Assembly (NCBI GenBank): GCA_951406725.2
Contig: OX597837.1
Span: forward strand, 13,144,001-13,208,000
From: Octopus vulgaris
Taxonomy: Eukaryota
DNA length: 64,000 bases
Direction: 5' to 3'
The position numbers and the translations under genes were made by a program. Positions 1 to 11,725 of this stretch are shown one piece after another. The notes under the pieces are model-generated. The model did no database searches. It was not told where the DNA came from and saw only the letters and a list, made by a program, of their open reading frames with translations. Each line of letters opens with the position of its first letter. The stretch's first letter is position 1.

Positions 1-489
1 GAACTATATGGACATGCACATATTCTGTAAGTTCAACACTTTTCATCGGATCTCCAGGAATCGAACTTATCTGTGATTCTTGTAAATTTCAATAACAATC
101 TGTTCCTCTACAGAATAAGATTGTCACTTTGCTTCTTACTCGGATTCCCTGAAATTTCGCACGATTGTACCCAAAATTTCTTCACATAACTTGATTAATA
201 ATTCACTATGAACTATATGGACATGCACATATTCTGTAAGTTCAAGACTTTTCATCGGATCTCCAGGAATCGAACTTATCTGTGATTCTTGTAAATTTCA
301 ATAACAATCTGTTCCTCTACAGAATAAGATTGTCACTTTGCTTCTTACTCGGATTCCCTGAAATTTCGCACGATTGTACCCAAAATTTCTTCACATAACT
401 TGATTAAAAATTCATTATGAGCTATATATGGACATGCACAAATTCTGTAAGTTCAAGACCTTTCATCGGATCTCCAGGAATCGAACTTC
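1..489. repeat. 209-bp tandem repeat (about 2.3 copies visible, truncated by window start)
   Basis: GAACTATATGGACATGCACATATTCTGTAAG recurs at 1, 210 and about 419; copies nearly identical. Confidence 0.95.
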
Positions 490-561
490 CTTCAATGCAG
501 TTAAACTTACACCCTCATTCGTATCTACCCCTTTTTATGTTTGGGAATCTCTGATGTTTTT

Positions 562-641
562 TCGGCTGACGAGTACGAGCCATCTATATTTACTGCATTT
601 TTTGTAGCTTATTAAAGATGTCCTCGAAACAATTGTACCGA
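562..641 (+). ncRNA. Type I hammerhead ribozyme (Penelope-like element type, palindromic helix III)
   Basis: TCGG-CTGACGA(566-572)-helix II (..CATCT/AGATG..CTC)-GAAA(626-629)-CAATTG-TA-CCGA; helix I TCGG/CCGA; predicted cut after GUA (637). Confidence 0.7.
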
Positions 642-782
642 GATTTTAATCCATTCTTGTTGCTTTTTTTCCTATTTGTAATCACCCCACTTGTCGTATG
701 GTTAACACCATATAGATTTCCGGTTAAGGACCATATTCAAGTGAATTCATTAGAATTCACTTGAATCTCAATTACTTAAACC

Positions 783-843
<61 letters not shown>

Positions 844-872
844 TACACATGATTGTTATCTTGCCATTTATA

Positions 873-925
<53 letters not shown>

Positions 926-927
<2 letters not shown>

Positions 928-1313
928 AGGCGCAATGGCCCAGTGGTTAGGGCAGCGGACTCGTGGTCATAGGATCGCGGTTTCGATTCCCAGACCGGGC
1001 GTTGTGAGTGTTTATTGAGCGAAAACACCTAAAGCTCCACGAGGCTCCGGCAGGGGATGGTGGTGATCCCTGCTGTACTCTTTCACCACAACTTTCTCTC
1101 ACTCTTACTTCCTGTTTCTGTTGTACCTGTATTTCAAAGGGCCGGCCTTGTCACTCTCTGTGTCACGCTGAATATCCCCGAGAACTACGTTAAGGGTACA
1201 CGTGTCTGTGGAGTGCTCAGCCACTTACACGTTAATTTCACGAGCAGGCTGTTCCGTTGATTCGGATCAACCGGAACCCTCATTGTCGTAACTGATGGAG
1301 TGCTTCCATCCAT
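926..1313 (+). mobile_element. tRNA-derived SINE
   Basis: A-box TGGCCCAGTGG and B-box-like GTTTCGATTCC head; related minus-strand copy at about 53615-53940; sits between (TA)n tracts. Confidence 0.8.
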
Positions 1314-1318
1314 CTTCC

Positions 1319-1358
<40 letters not shown>

Positions 1359-1493
1359 TATGTATAGATAGACACACACACACACTTACACACATACATG
1401 CACACACTGTCCTATAGTAACGAAGAATGCTGCATTGTAATTTCATTTGAGTTTATTAACTGAAAATATCTTCAACGTAATGTTGTGTTCCAG

Positions 1494-1648
1494 GCTGATG
1501 ACATATTTGAGGTTCCTGACAACTTGAACTTCAAATTTTGCATGAACTCCGCTTCACTGAACATGAAATCGCGAATAGTCAATGAGGATCTGAAGGTGGC
1601 AGAAGTGCCACCCTGGCAGGGTATGAAAAGAGAAGCGTGGGAATTAGT
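1494..1648 (+). CDS. CCDC87: CCDC87-like, first exon visible (gene starts upstream of window)
   Basis: ttccag|GCT ... TTAGT|gtatgt; ADDIFEVPDNLNFKF...PWQGMKREAWELV; phase 0 to 2. Confidence 0.7.
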
Positions 1649-1999
1649 GTATGTCATTTCATCATTTCATTTTGTTATTCTTGAGAATTTCAGAACAGAA
1701 TGGTATTTACTGTACTGTCAATGAGAATAATGTCCGTGGCATTCTTCACAAATTTCCAGGTGTGGATTTATAGGCACAGGCATGGCTATGTGGTTAAGAA
1801 GCTTGCTTCCAAACAATGTGGACTTGAGTTCAGTTCTGATGTGTGGCACCTTGGGCAAGTGTCTTCTACTATAGCCCCAAGCCAACCAAAACCTTGTGAG
1901 TGGATTTGGTCAAAGGAAACTGAAAGAAGCCTGTCATGTGTATATATAAGTATGTCTGTCTGCCTGTATGTTTTTATCTTTGAGTTTAATGTAAGTTCT

Positions 2000-2670
2000 T
2001 CAGAGAGTTCAAGCTGGTCGCTAAGAAAGTGACAAGACTTTTTGAGTTAAGAGGGTCCCCAGTGTTTATAAATATGCGGTCAAGTTGGTGTGTTGTTTGA
2101 ACCGTTGATACACACACCCAAATGCGTGCTTCCATTCACCTAAGAATCTCAGATGGAGAATCTTTGGAATGTCTTACAGATCTTCACTGTGCCACTAACA
2201 GAATGGATTTGGAGAATCCACATCAGTTTCTTTTGCTCTTTCTCCATGATACTGAGTATTTCTAGATAAATTTGTGGTACATAACCTAATGCACCTATGA
2301 TGCTAGGTACAAATGGGAATTCATAGTCAAGGTACAAAAGTTCCATTAATTTGCCATAGATGTTCTCTTTTTCTTGGACTTTTCATTGTACATTCACATC
2401 CACTGGGCAGCTGACCTCAACAACAGAGCCTGACTTGGTTCCCTGTCCTACAGAACAATATCAGTTCTGTTATGTTTGCACCGAATTATGCTTTTATTGG
2501 AGTGTTCCACCAGTGTTCCTTGTTTTTAAAGGTGTGAATACTTGATGGTTCTGATATCCTTTTGATGCATACATCAGGGCAGTCCATGCCATGGATAGTA
2601 TTGTAAATAGTCTTTGCAACTACATCATGCCTCAGAGGCAGGCAGTATCTCGCAGACATTTTGGAGCAGC
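2000..2670 (-). mobile_element. Degraded 3' fragment of an R4/Dong-type (restriction-like endonuclease) LINE
   Basis: Broken frames encode ARYCLPLRHDVVAK, KEHWWNTPI, VEVSCPVD, VPSIIGALGYVP. Confidence 0.7.
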
Positions 2671-2982
2671 TGATGATGATGATGATGATCTGGGTTCTTA
2701 TGTATGTATGTATGTATGTATGTATGTATGTATTTATGAATGCATGCATGTATGTATGTATGTATGTATGTATGTATGATGTATGTAAGTATGTATGTAT
2801 GTATGTATGTATGTATGTATGTATGTATGTATGATGTATGTATGTATGTAGGCATGTATGTATGTATGTACATACATATGCACACACACATGTACACATG
2901 CATGTATGTACCTAAGTATATATGTATGTATTCACACACATCGTTGACATGATAGCTATTGATTAAATATTGACTCATTCAG

Positions 2983-3028
2983 TCCACAGGTTCCTCGGAG
3001 ACACCAGAAGACAACCATATATCCACGG
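2983..3028 (+). CDS. CCDC87: CCDC87-like exon
   Basis: ttcag|T CCA CAG ... CCA CGG|gtaagt; 46 nt, phase 2 to 0, bridges neighbouring exons in frame. Confidence 0.65.
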
Positions 3029-3372
3029 GTAAGTTTAATTTCTTCTGTTCTAATAAATTCAAAATTACTTGAGGACCACAAAGACAAAGTTTGATCATCT
3101 AATATCTCCCAGTAACTTAGTGGTTTGGCAAAAGAGATCAATCGAATAAATACTATCCTTAGCAAAAAACCAAGTAGTGGGGTCAATTCATTCAACTTAA
3201 AATTCTTCGAGGCAGTGCCCCAGCATGGCCACAGTCTAACAACTGAAAAAAGTTAAGACATGAAAGATAAAGTATCACATTAGCCAGCCCCCTTTGTGGC
3301 CCCTTCTTACCATCATCTCTATTGTTAATGATAATTATTATTATTTCTTAACCAAAGTTTTAAATCTTTCAG

Positions 3373-3486
3373 AATCCCATGATTGTGATGCAAGACATGT
3401 CGGACGCGAAAAGGCAGAACGAATGGAAGACATGGTGGTTATCGTTTTTCAACGACAAAGACTGCCTCAAATATCTCAGCATGATG
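3373..3486 (+). CDS. CCDC87: CCDC87-like exon
   Basis: tttcag|AAT ... ATG|gtaagg; NPMIV...EWKTWWLSFFNDKDCLKYLSMM, similar to the CCDC87 WW..DYLKYL motif. Confidence 0.85.
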
Positions 3487-3492
3487 GTAAGG

Positions 3493-4040
3493 TTCTTCTT
3501 CTTCCTCCTCCTCTTCTTCTTCTTCTTCTTCTTCTTCTTCTTCTTCTTCTTCTTCTTCTTCTCCTCCTCCTCCTCCACCTACCCCCTCTCCTCTGCCCCC
3601 CCTCCCCTTCTTCTTCTTCTTATTATTATTATTCCTCCCCTCCCCCTCTTCCTCCTCCTCCTCTTCTTCTACTACTTCTTCTTCTTCTTCTCCTCCTCCT
3701 CCTCCTTTTTTTCTTCTCCTCCTCCCTTCTTCTTCTTCTTTTTCTTCTTCTTCTTCTCCTTCTTTCTTTCTTCTTCTTCTTCTCCTCCTCCTCCTCCTTC
3801 TTCTTCTTCTTCTTCTTCTTCTTCTTCTTCTTCTTCTTCTTCTTCTTCTTCTTTCTTCTTCTTCTTCTTCTTCTTCTCCTCCTCCTCCTCCTCCTTCTTC
3901 CTCTTCTTCTTCCTCTTCTTCTTCCTCTTCTTCTTCTTCTTCTTTTTCTTCTTCTTCTTCTTCTTCTTCTTCTTCTCCTCCTCCTCCTCCTCCTCCTCCT
4001 CCTCCTCCTCCTCCTCCTCCTCCTTCTTCTTCTTCTTCTT

Positions 4041-4107
<67 letters not shown>

Positions 4108-4128
4108 TGATTCTGATTCTGATTCTGA
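3493..4128. repeat. Compound microsatellite (CTT)n/(CCT)n then (TTA)n and (TTCTGA)n
   Basis: Directly visible; source of the poly-L/F/S/K/E ORFs. Confidence 0.98.
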
Positions 4129-4545
4129 AATGTTTGTATTGGAGCTTCTGGTGTGGATGGGCTCTGTGTTGTGTTCCTGAGCAAGACACCTTTTCCCATG
4201 TTGCTCCAGTTCACTCAGCCCTAGAAATGGGTTGTGACATCACTGGTGTCAAGCTGTATTGGCCCCTTTGCCTTTCCCTCGGATAACATCGGTGGCATGA
4301 AGAGAGGAAGCTGGTATGCATGGGTGATTGCTAGTCTTCCATAAATAAACTTGCCCAGACTTGTACCTTGGAGGGGAACTTTCTAGGTGCAATCCCACGG
4401 TCATTTTTGACTGAAAAGGGTCGCTACCCTTCACACTCATGATCATAATAAAGTGATGATAAAAGCAATCATTTTTATTTCTTGTGGTTTCATGTTTGTA
4501 TTTATTGTCATTGATTTTGGATCAATCATTTTTAGAACCCTGATG

Positions 4546-4587
<42 letters not shown>

Positions 4588-4895
4588 CAGTTGGCATTTG
4601 GAAGGGCATCCAGCTGTAAAAACATTGCCAAAACTGACCTCACCTGTGTTTATACCACGTAAAAAGCTCCCAGTTCATTCTGTAGCATTGTTGGTGTTTG
4701 AAAGGGCACCCAGCCATAAAATTCCTGCCAAAACAGACTCAGTAACCTGGGGTAGTCTTCTGCCTGGCCTGCTCCTATCAACCGTCCTACCTACCCATGC
4801 ATGAATTTAAGACAGACATTAAATGATGATAACGATCCTGGTGACAATGTTTGCTTAATAGCTTGTTTTTTGTGGGGTTTTTTGATCTGTTTCAG

Positions 4896-4999
4896 AAAAC
4901 AGATTTCCTTCATGTTATCTTCCATCTGTATGATGACGAAAACTTATTAGAAATCTTTAGATCAAAAGAAGAAGCGGAAAGATTGGCTGCGACTTTAAA
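4896..4999 (+). CDS. CCDC87: CCDC87-like exon
   Basis: tttcag|AAA ACA GAT TTC; KTDFLHVIFHLYDDE matches CCDC87 TDFLHVIF; donor AA|gttagt, phase 2. Confidence 0.88.
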
Positions 5000-5169
5000 G
5001 TTAGTATTTAGATGAGGTTTTTTTTGTTGTTGTTGTTATTGTTGTTGTTGCTGCTGCTATTGTTGTTGTTGTTGTTGTTGTTGCTGCTGCTGCTGTTGCT
5101 GTTGCTGCTGCTGTTGTTGTTGTTGTTGTTGTTAAGGCAGCAAATTGGCAGAACTATTGGTATGCTGGG

Positions 5170-5990
5170 CCTCTGGCTCTGAGTACGAATGTCTTGTTTT
5201 CATAGGTTCTGAATTAAAATCTTCCACCAAACTTTAGTCACAATTTATGTTCCTAACACTAGCTGAATGATAATACTAAGTTATTTTACTAAATTCTTTG
5301 TTATATTTAAAATTAATTGAAAGAAACCACAAAGCATCTCAACAGAAATATGGTAACAAAAGGGTTAAAACACATGGCTGGTATAGTTTCATGAAAAATA
5401 TGCTTTGCAGAAGTTTAACCCTTTTGATACCAACCCAGCTGAAACCACCTCTGACCCTGTAGTACAAATGTCTTGTTTTCATAAGTTTTCAATTAAAATC
5501 TTTCACTAAACCTTAGTCACAATTTATGTTCCTAACACTAGCTTAATAATAACTAAGTTATTTTACTAAATTCTTTGTTATATTTAAAATTAATTGAAAG
5601 AAACCACAAAGCATCTCAACAGAAATATGATAACAAAAGGGTTAAAATATATAATAGAGAAACGATTTTTTACCCTTTTGTTACCAACCCAGCTGAAACC
5701 ACCTCAGGCTCTGTAGTACAAATGTCTTGTTTTCAAAAGTTTTGAATTAAAATCTTCCACCAAACCTTAGTCACAATGTATGATCCTAACACTAGCTTAA
5801 TGATAACTAAGTTGTTTTACTAAATTCTTTGTTATATTTAAAATCAATTGAAAGAAACACAGAACATCTCAAAATAAATAAAATAACGAAAAGGTTAATA
5901 ACGATAACATGATTTTAATAAATTCATTTCTAAATTAAATGAAACAAAAGCAATATATTTCAAGATGAATATGGTAGCAAAAGAGTTAAA
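5170..5990. mobile_element. Cluster of 3-4 piggyBac-type MITE copies (best copy 5419-5641)
   Basis: TTAA|CCCTTTTGATACC ... TAACAAAAGGG|TTAA; same ~220-bp body repeated; further copies at 15951-16617 and about 27590-27812. Confidence 0.8.
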
Positions 5991-6042
5991 GACAATTCAC
6001 ACGTAGAATTTATCCTGGAATTTTGGTATTTGAATGTTGCAG

Positions 6043-6173
6043 AATGGAGAAAGAAATGGTTGCCGCTGAGACTGAAAGAAAAGTAGAGGAGCTGCATAAG
6101 AAGAAGTCCCAATATGAAGAAGGCTTTTGGAACGCTGAAACCATTTTTCTTGGAGGATTAGGAAGTGACCCAA
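6043..6173 (+). CDS. CCDC87: CCDC87-like exon
   Basis: ttgcag|A ATG GAG ... GAC CCA A|gtaagt; ...YEEGFWNAETIFLGGLGSDP; phase 2 to 1. Confidence 0.85.
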
Positions 6174-6306
6174 GTAAGTTATCTCCGTGGTGCTATTTGC
6201 TGGCAATTCTTTCTGTTAGGTTTTTTAAGAGTAATTATATTTAGATGTTCATGCTAAAAGTGTTGCGATATGCATGTGTGTGTGTGTGTGTGAGTGAATG
6301 CATGTG

Positions 6307-6344
<38 letters not shown>

Positions 6345-6592
6345 CATGTATATATACATTCATATATATGTATATGTATATTTGTATTCTTGTGTATGTA
6401 TGTGTATATACATACATACATGCATATATATGTTTACTAATTTATATTATTTATTTATATCATTATGTAAATGTATATTTTTTATATGTATAGGAGTGTG
6501 AGTATATGCACTCATATGTATATATATATGTTGTATTGTGGGTACGCACCCACACCCACGTGGGTATATGTGTAGACTGTGTTATATTACAT

Positions 6593-6723
6593 AATCTCCG
6601 AAGAGGCCTTGTGATATATTTTTGTTAATGTCTCATTTATATCTATATATTGACCAACCATAAAGGGCTAATATTGGTAAAATGAGACATAATTATCGAC
6701 ATGGCTGAAACAGCTGTAAGATT
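6593..6723 (+). ncRNA. Decayed hammerhead ribozyme (core CCGAAGA instead of CTGANGA)
   Basis: AATCT-CCGAAGA-GGCC...GGCT-GAAA-CAGCTG-TA-AGATT. Confidence 0.55.
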
Positions 6724-7139
6724 TAATGTATGCTTATATTTATATTTACTTGTATTTATATTCTTTTTTATATATATTCTAATTATTATACAACATTACT
6801 CTTTTATGTACACTTTTTTATGTACATTCCTTTATGTACACTGATTTGTTCTGCTTTTTATATCTAACCCTACAGTCTCTTATGTGGTGGTTTAATAAAG
6901 TATGTGATTGAGTATTATCTGGTAATTGATATTTGATTTAGATGTATTTCTCCATTTTCTTATCTTGTATTAGTAATTTGTGATAAATCATTTTACCTTT
7001 GCCCATATAATACAGTAAATGAATTGATTGCATCGCAATCATTAACATTTATGTATTAACTTTGTTGGGTACTTCAATAGCAGTATATTGGATATACGTT
7101 ATCCCATAGAGGGTTGCATTTACAACCTCTATCTCAATT

Positions 7140-7181
<42 letters not shown>

Positions 7182-7931
7182 TAGTTGAATGAATTATCTT
7201 ATTAAGGATAATTCGAATTAACCGATACCTGGGTAGCAAATTCACATCAGAAAAAACACGGTTGAAGTTACATGCCTAGGGCATAGATTACGTGCTTTTG
7301 TGTGGAAATTTGTATGTTTTTGCACTGGCAAAAATACACCTTTCACTCATATGTATAATGATTAATATAGATAACCCCTTGAATTTTAATTAATATAACT
7401 TCTTTTTTTATATATGTCACCCCCATAGTCATAAAAATATTTTTTTTTATACTTTCAAAGAACTACTACCCAATCCAGTGAGGTTGTTGCCTTAGTCCCT
7501 CTACCTCGCTCCCCTCTTTCTCTCTCTTTCTCTCTCCATTTCCCTCTTTCTATAGTAAGCACAATCAAACACACAGACACAACCTCTCGCCTCACCACTG
7601 TCTGTTTTCTGACATCTACCCATCCACATACACAATCACGCATACACATACATACACACACACATTAATGCAGTTATATACAGTCACACACACAGGCACC
7701 CATTCACAAAAGAAATTAACAAAATCCACCCTTCATACGACCAGCACCCTTTCACCTTCCTACTCTTTTGCCTCCCTCCTCCAACTTCGTTTGAACCCTT
7801 GAACCTTTCGAACCTTCTAGATTCTTCTACTTTCAACCACTTTGACGCCACTCCTTATAAAGGAATATTTTAAAGAGACACTCAGTGTGAGCAATCATCT
7901 GAAAGTTTTTTGTGCATTTTGATGTTGACAT

Positions 7932-8036
7932 AAGTTCCTTGCTTTTCCTGATGAGAAAGCGGCATAATGTACTCCTTATTCCTTCGCAATTAGGAATATG
8001 CAGCCTTCGAAACATATGTCGAAAATAAAGGAATTT
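7932..8036 (+). ncRNA. Type I hammerhead ribozyme, intact core
   Basis: TTTTC-CTGATGA(7948-7954)-GAAAGCGGCATA...TATGCAGCCTTC-GAAA(8009-8012)-CATATG-TC-GAAAA; helix I extends (TTCCTT/AAGGAA); predicted cut after GUC (8020). Confidence 0.8.
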
Positions 8037-8069
8037 TGTTAATTCGTCGTTCAGCTCCATTCTTTCATA

Positions 8070-8106
<37 letters not shown>

Positions 8107-8314
8107 CACACACACTTGCTGGTGACACATATAAAAGGCACCCACTACACTCTCAGAGTGGTTTGCCTTAGGAAGGGCCTCCAACTGTAGAAACGAAGCC
8201 AAATTCAGACTGGAACCTGTTGTAGCTCTCTAGTTTACCAGTTTCATTTGAGCTATCTAACCCATACTAGCATGGAAAGCAGACGTTAAATGATGATGAT
8301 CATCATATATATTT

Positions 8315-8500
8315 GAAGGTGGTGAGCTGGCAGAATTGTTAGCACACCGGGTCAAATGCTTAACGGTATTTCGTCTGCTGCTATGTTCTAAGTTCAAATT
8401 CCACCAAGGTCGACTTAATCTTTCATCCTTTCGGGGTCAATTAAATAAGTACCAGTTATGCACTGGAGTCAATGTAATCGATTGAATCCCTTTGTCTGTC
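8315..8500 (+). mobile_element. tRNA-derived SINE, family with CCTTTCATCCTTTCGGGGTCGAT central domain
   Basis: GGTGAGCTGGCAGAA head, GTTCAAATTCC B-box; many copies (about 10050-10200, 13720-14070, 30340-30460, 59715-59915 on -, 62775-62990 on +). Confidence 0.75.
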
Positions 8501-8779
8501 TGGATTGCCTTCTTTCTTCACTTAGAAGGAATCATCATGGACCAACTAATTGCTGTCACTGAAATACCAACATCAAACTGCAACACCGCATCACCTTCCT
8601 CTACCTATCACAGGCTAATGTCCAGTAGAAAACATTGACTCTTTTCAATTGATCTTGCATTCAAACCCCAATGGCTGAAGACTAGCCACACGCCTGAAAC
8701 TCAGAGTACCAAAGAGTCTGAATCAAACAGTTTTGATCTCTATATAAATCTACACACACATATATTTTGTACATATATA

Positions 8780-9345
8780 TTGGGTTGTCCGGAAAGTTCG
8801 TGCCGATTTATAGTAGCTTACCTTTCGACTTATCTTAGAACATCGTTGAGTCCATAAAATAGGATTTGACTACACCTCCATTTAGAGCACAGTTTAAGCT
8901 GTCTTCTTGTGGAAGAAGGTTTATGTTCCTATAACCTGTGTTAATTCTATAACCCTTTAAAATGGAAGATAAGAAAGTTCATTTTTGGCACTTGATGCTT
9001 TTGGAACCAGACAAGAATTGCTGCAGCTCAGCTGGGATGTGTTACCCCACCCTCCATATTCACCAGATATTGCTCCTTCGGATTTCCACTTATTCAGCTC
9101 TCTGCAGAATAGTCTTAATGGTAAAAATTTCAATTCCTTGGATGACGTAAAAAGATATCTTGATGAATTCTTTGCCATGAAACCACCTCAATTCTGGGGA
9201 AGAGGGTATTTTCAAGTTAAAGGAAAGATGGAGACGCATTGTGCAACAAAATGGTTCATATTTGGTTGATTAAAAATGTGATGGCAAGTATTTATTGACC
9301 TTTTTCTTTCCTTTAAAAATCAGCACAAACTTTCAGGACAACCTA

Positions 9346-9346
<1 letters not shown>
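8780..9346 (+). mobile_element. Internally deleted mariner transposon
   Basis: TA-flanked ~30-bp TIRs TTGGGTTGTCCGGAAAGTTCGTGCCGATTT / AAATCAGCACAAACTTTCAGGACAACCTAA; transposase C-terminus with LPHPPYSPDIAPSDFHLF. Confidence 0.92.
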
Positions 9347-9388
<42 letters not shown>

Positions 9389-9542
9389 TAATATAGGATA
9401 AAGTGTTTCGAAAAAAATTTTATCAATTGCAGCATATTAAAACATACCTTTAAAGGTTAAATTTATAAACAACTTATAAATAAGGGCAAAAGAAAAAATT
9501 TTGGCATTAGAATTTGTTTTCTTTTGCCCTTATTTATAAGTT

Positions 9543-9583
<41 letters not shown>

Positions 9584-9587
<4 letters not shown>

Positions 9588-9745
9588 TGTGTGGTAAGTA
9601 GATTGTTTACCAACCACATGGTTCCGGGTTCAGTCCCACTGCGTGGCACCTTGGGCAAGTGTCTTCTACTATAGCCTCGGGCTGACCAAAGCCTTGTGAG
9701 TGGATTTGGTAGACGGAAACTGAAAAGAAGCCCGTCGTATATATG
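9584..9745 (+). mobile_element. Abundant tRNA-derived SINE (GGCTGTGTGGTAAG... family)
   Basis: Near-identical to 15150, 18385 and 33604 copies; contains CCTTGGGCAAGTGTC core-like block. Confidence 0.85.
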
Positions 9746-9850
9746 TATATATATATATGCATGTGTGTGTGTTTGTGTGTCTGTGTGTGTGTGTATCATC
9801 ATCATTTAACATCCGTGTTCCATGCTAGCATGGCTGGGACTACATATATG

Positions 9851-9895
<45 letters not shown>

Positions 9896-10270
9896 CTTAT
9901 CATTTGTACATATATGGCAGTGTGGTAAGAATCTTGCTTCCAACTACATGGTTCCAAAGCCAGTCCCACTCTGTGGCACCTTTGGCAAGGATCTTCTACT
10001 ATAGCCCCAGGTCAACTAAAGCCTTGTGAGTAGATTTTGTTGACAGAAACTGATCCCAGTGCACAACTGGTACTTATTTTATTGACCCTGAAAGGATAAA
10101 AGGCAAAGATGACCTTGGTGGAATTTGACCTCAGAACCTAATGACAAATGAAATGCTGCTAACCATTTTGTCCATTTTGTCCAATTCTGCCAGTTCACCA
10201 TTTTAAAACTGTCCATGATATTAAGAAGATAACTAATAGCAATTATGTTTTGCGACATATTTTCTCATAG

Positions 10271-10360
10271 GCGCCCTAGTTTCAAAGGACAGTACTCAAA
10301 TATTTGGTGATGAAAAAACACCAGACATTGAGATTTCAAGCCACCATGATGGAAAGGACG
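10271..10360 (+). CDS. CCDC87: CCDC87-like exon
   Basis: ctcatag|GC GCC ... GAC G|gtaagt; 90 nt, phase 1 to 1, open frame. Confidence 0.7.
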
Positions 10361-11329
10361 GTAAGTTTGAAATTTTTTTTTTATTATTAACAAAAATTTG
10401 GGTGATTTCTCTTTGTTATGCTGTTTAGTTCTTTTAGACGTGATGAGAAATGAACTACAGAGTAACTTGGTTAAGATTCACAAGTTTGTTCCTTCTCAAG
10501 CCATGCCTGGCTCATAAGGGCTGGTTTCCTGGTTTCTTAGCATATAGGTTCCCCACCTGGATAGGATGCTGGTCCGTCACAGGTGAGCTGTTAGATGCAG
10601 GAGGAAAGAGTGAGAGAAAACTGTGGCGGAAGAGTCAGCAGAAATTTGCCGTTACCTTCTGCAAGAGCCGCATGGATGATTCACAAGTGAGTATGATGTG
10701 GTAGCTTTCATTAATTGCTTTAGTTGTGAACAGACCTAGGCACCCTCTTAGCTTGTCCACTCTTGACACAATGGACCATGAATGATGCAGCAGTTGGAGA
10801 AAAGAGGGCTGCACCAACACTATATATATATTAATGAGAGAGATAAGTATATTCATTCAACACAGTCATTGCGTTTGGCACTGTGTGAAAATTATTGCAT
10901 AACTTAAATGCTTTTTCATTTGTTACACAACCTCTGATGATTTGATGATGTAACCCATTTATAAGGTATTTCTTTATATGGCAGAGATTATTGTTAATGA
11001 AATGCATGTAAGAATGTATTGACTAAGGGAAAAATTTATCTCCAAGCTTGTTTTCTATTTTCACTTTGTGTTCAAAATATTAGAATGTAACTTCAGTAAG
11101 AAACTTAGAACAATAACTCATTTGGTTCCTTGTACGTGGATCTTTTGAAGTATAACAGAGCTCAAGCATTTCCAAACATCACAAGCAATATCCCACTTTG
11201 CAAAAATATCATATACAGTAATCCCTCACCACATCGTGGTTCACCTATTACACACTCAGTATATCGTGATCCACCAATCACGCACTTGGTACATTGCGGA
11301 TTATTCTGGCTAATATATGTAAATTTATA

Positions 11330-11725
11330 TCGCAGCGTCACCTTACTGGCACTCAAGCCCCGTGCTAGTAGGGTGTTAAGAGCACGATCCGAACGTGATC
11401 GTTGCCAGAGCAGCTATCTAGCCTCTGTACCGGTGGCACGTAAAAGACACCGTTCAAGCGTGATTGTTACCAGCATCGCGTTACTGGCACCTGTGCCGGT
11501 GCCATGTGTAAAAGATTCGAGCGAGGTCATTGCCAGTACCACCTGACTGGCACGTAAAAGCACCCACTACACTCTTGGAGTGGTTGGTGTTAGGAAGGGC
11601 ATCCAGCTATAGAAACTCTACCAGATCAAGATTGAAGCCTGGTGCAGCCATCTGGTTCACCAGCCCTCAGTCAAATCGTCCAACCCATGCCTGCATGGAA
11701 AGTGGACGTTAAACGATGATGATGA
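11330..11725 (+). mobile_element. SINE ending in (GAT)n with internal ~60-bp repeats
   Basis: 3' end GCATGGAAAGTGGACGTTAAACGATGATG shared with copies at 4590, 8120, 16148, 23720, 48800, 50700. Confidence 0.8.

Noticed and set aside
926-1000. tRNA gene
   Set aside because: A/B boxes run into a SINE body; no acceptor stem or T-run terminator
1620-1626. Alternative donor CAGG|GTATGA for the first visible CCDC87-like exon
   Set aside because: Gives phase 1, incompatible with the 2983 exon; the donor at 1649 fits
3294-4286. Long poly-Leu/Phe/Lys/Arg ORFs
   Set aside because: Trinucleotide microsatellite; only 3373-3486 is exonic
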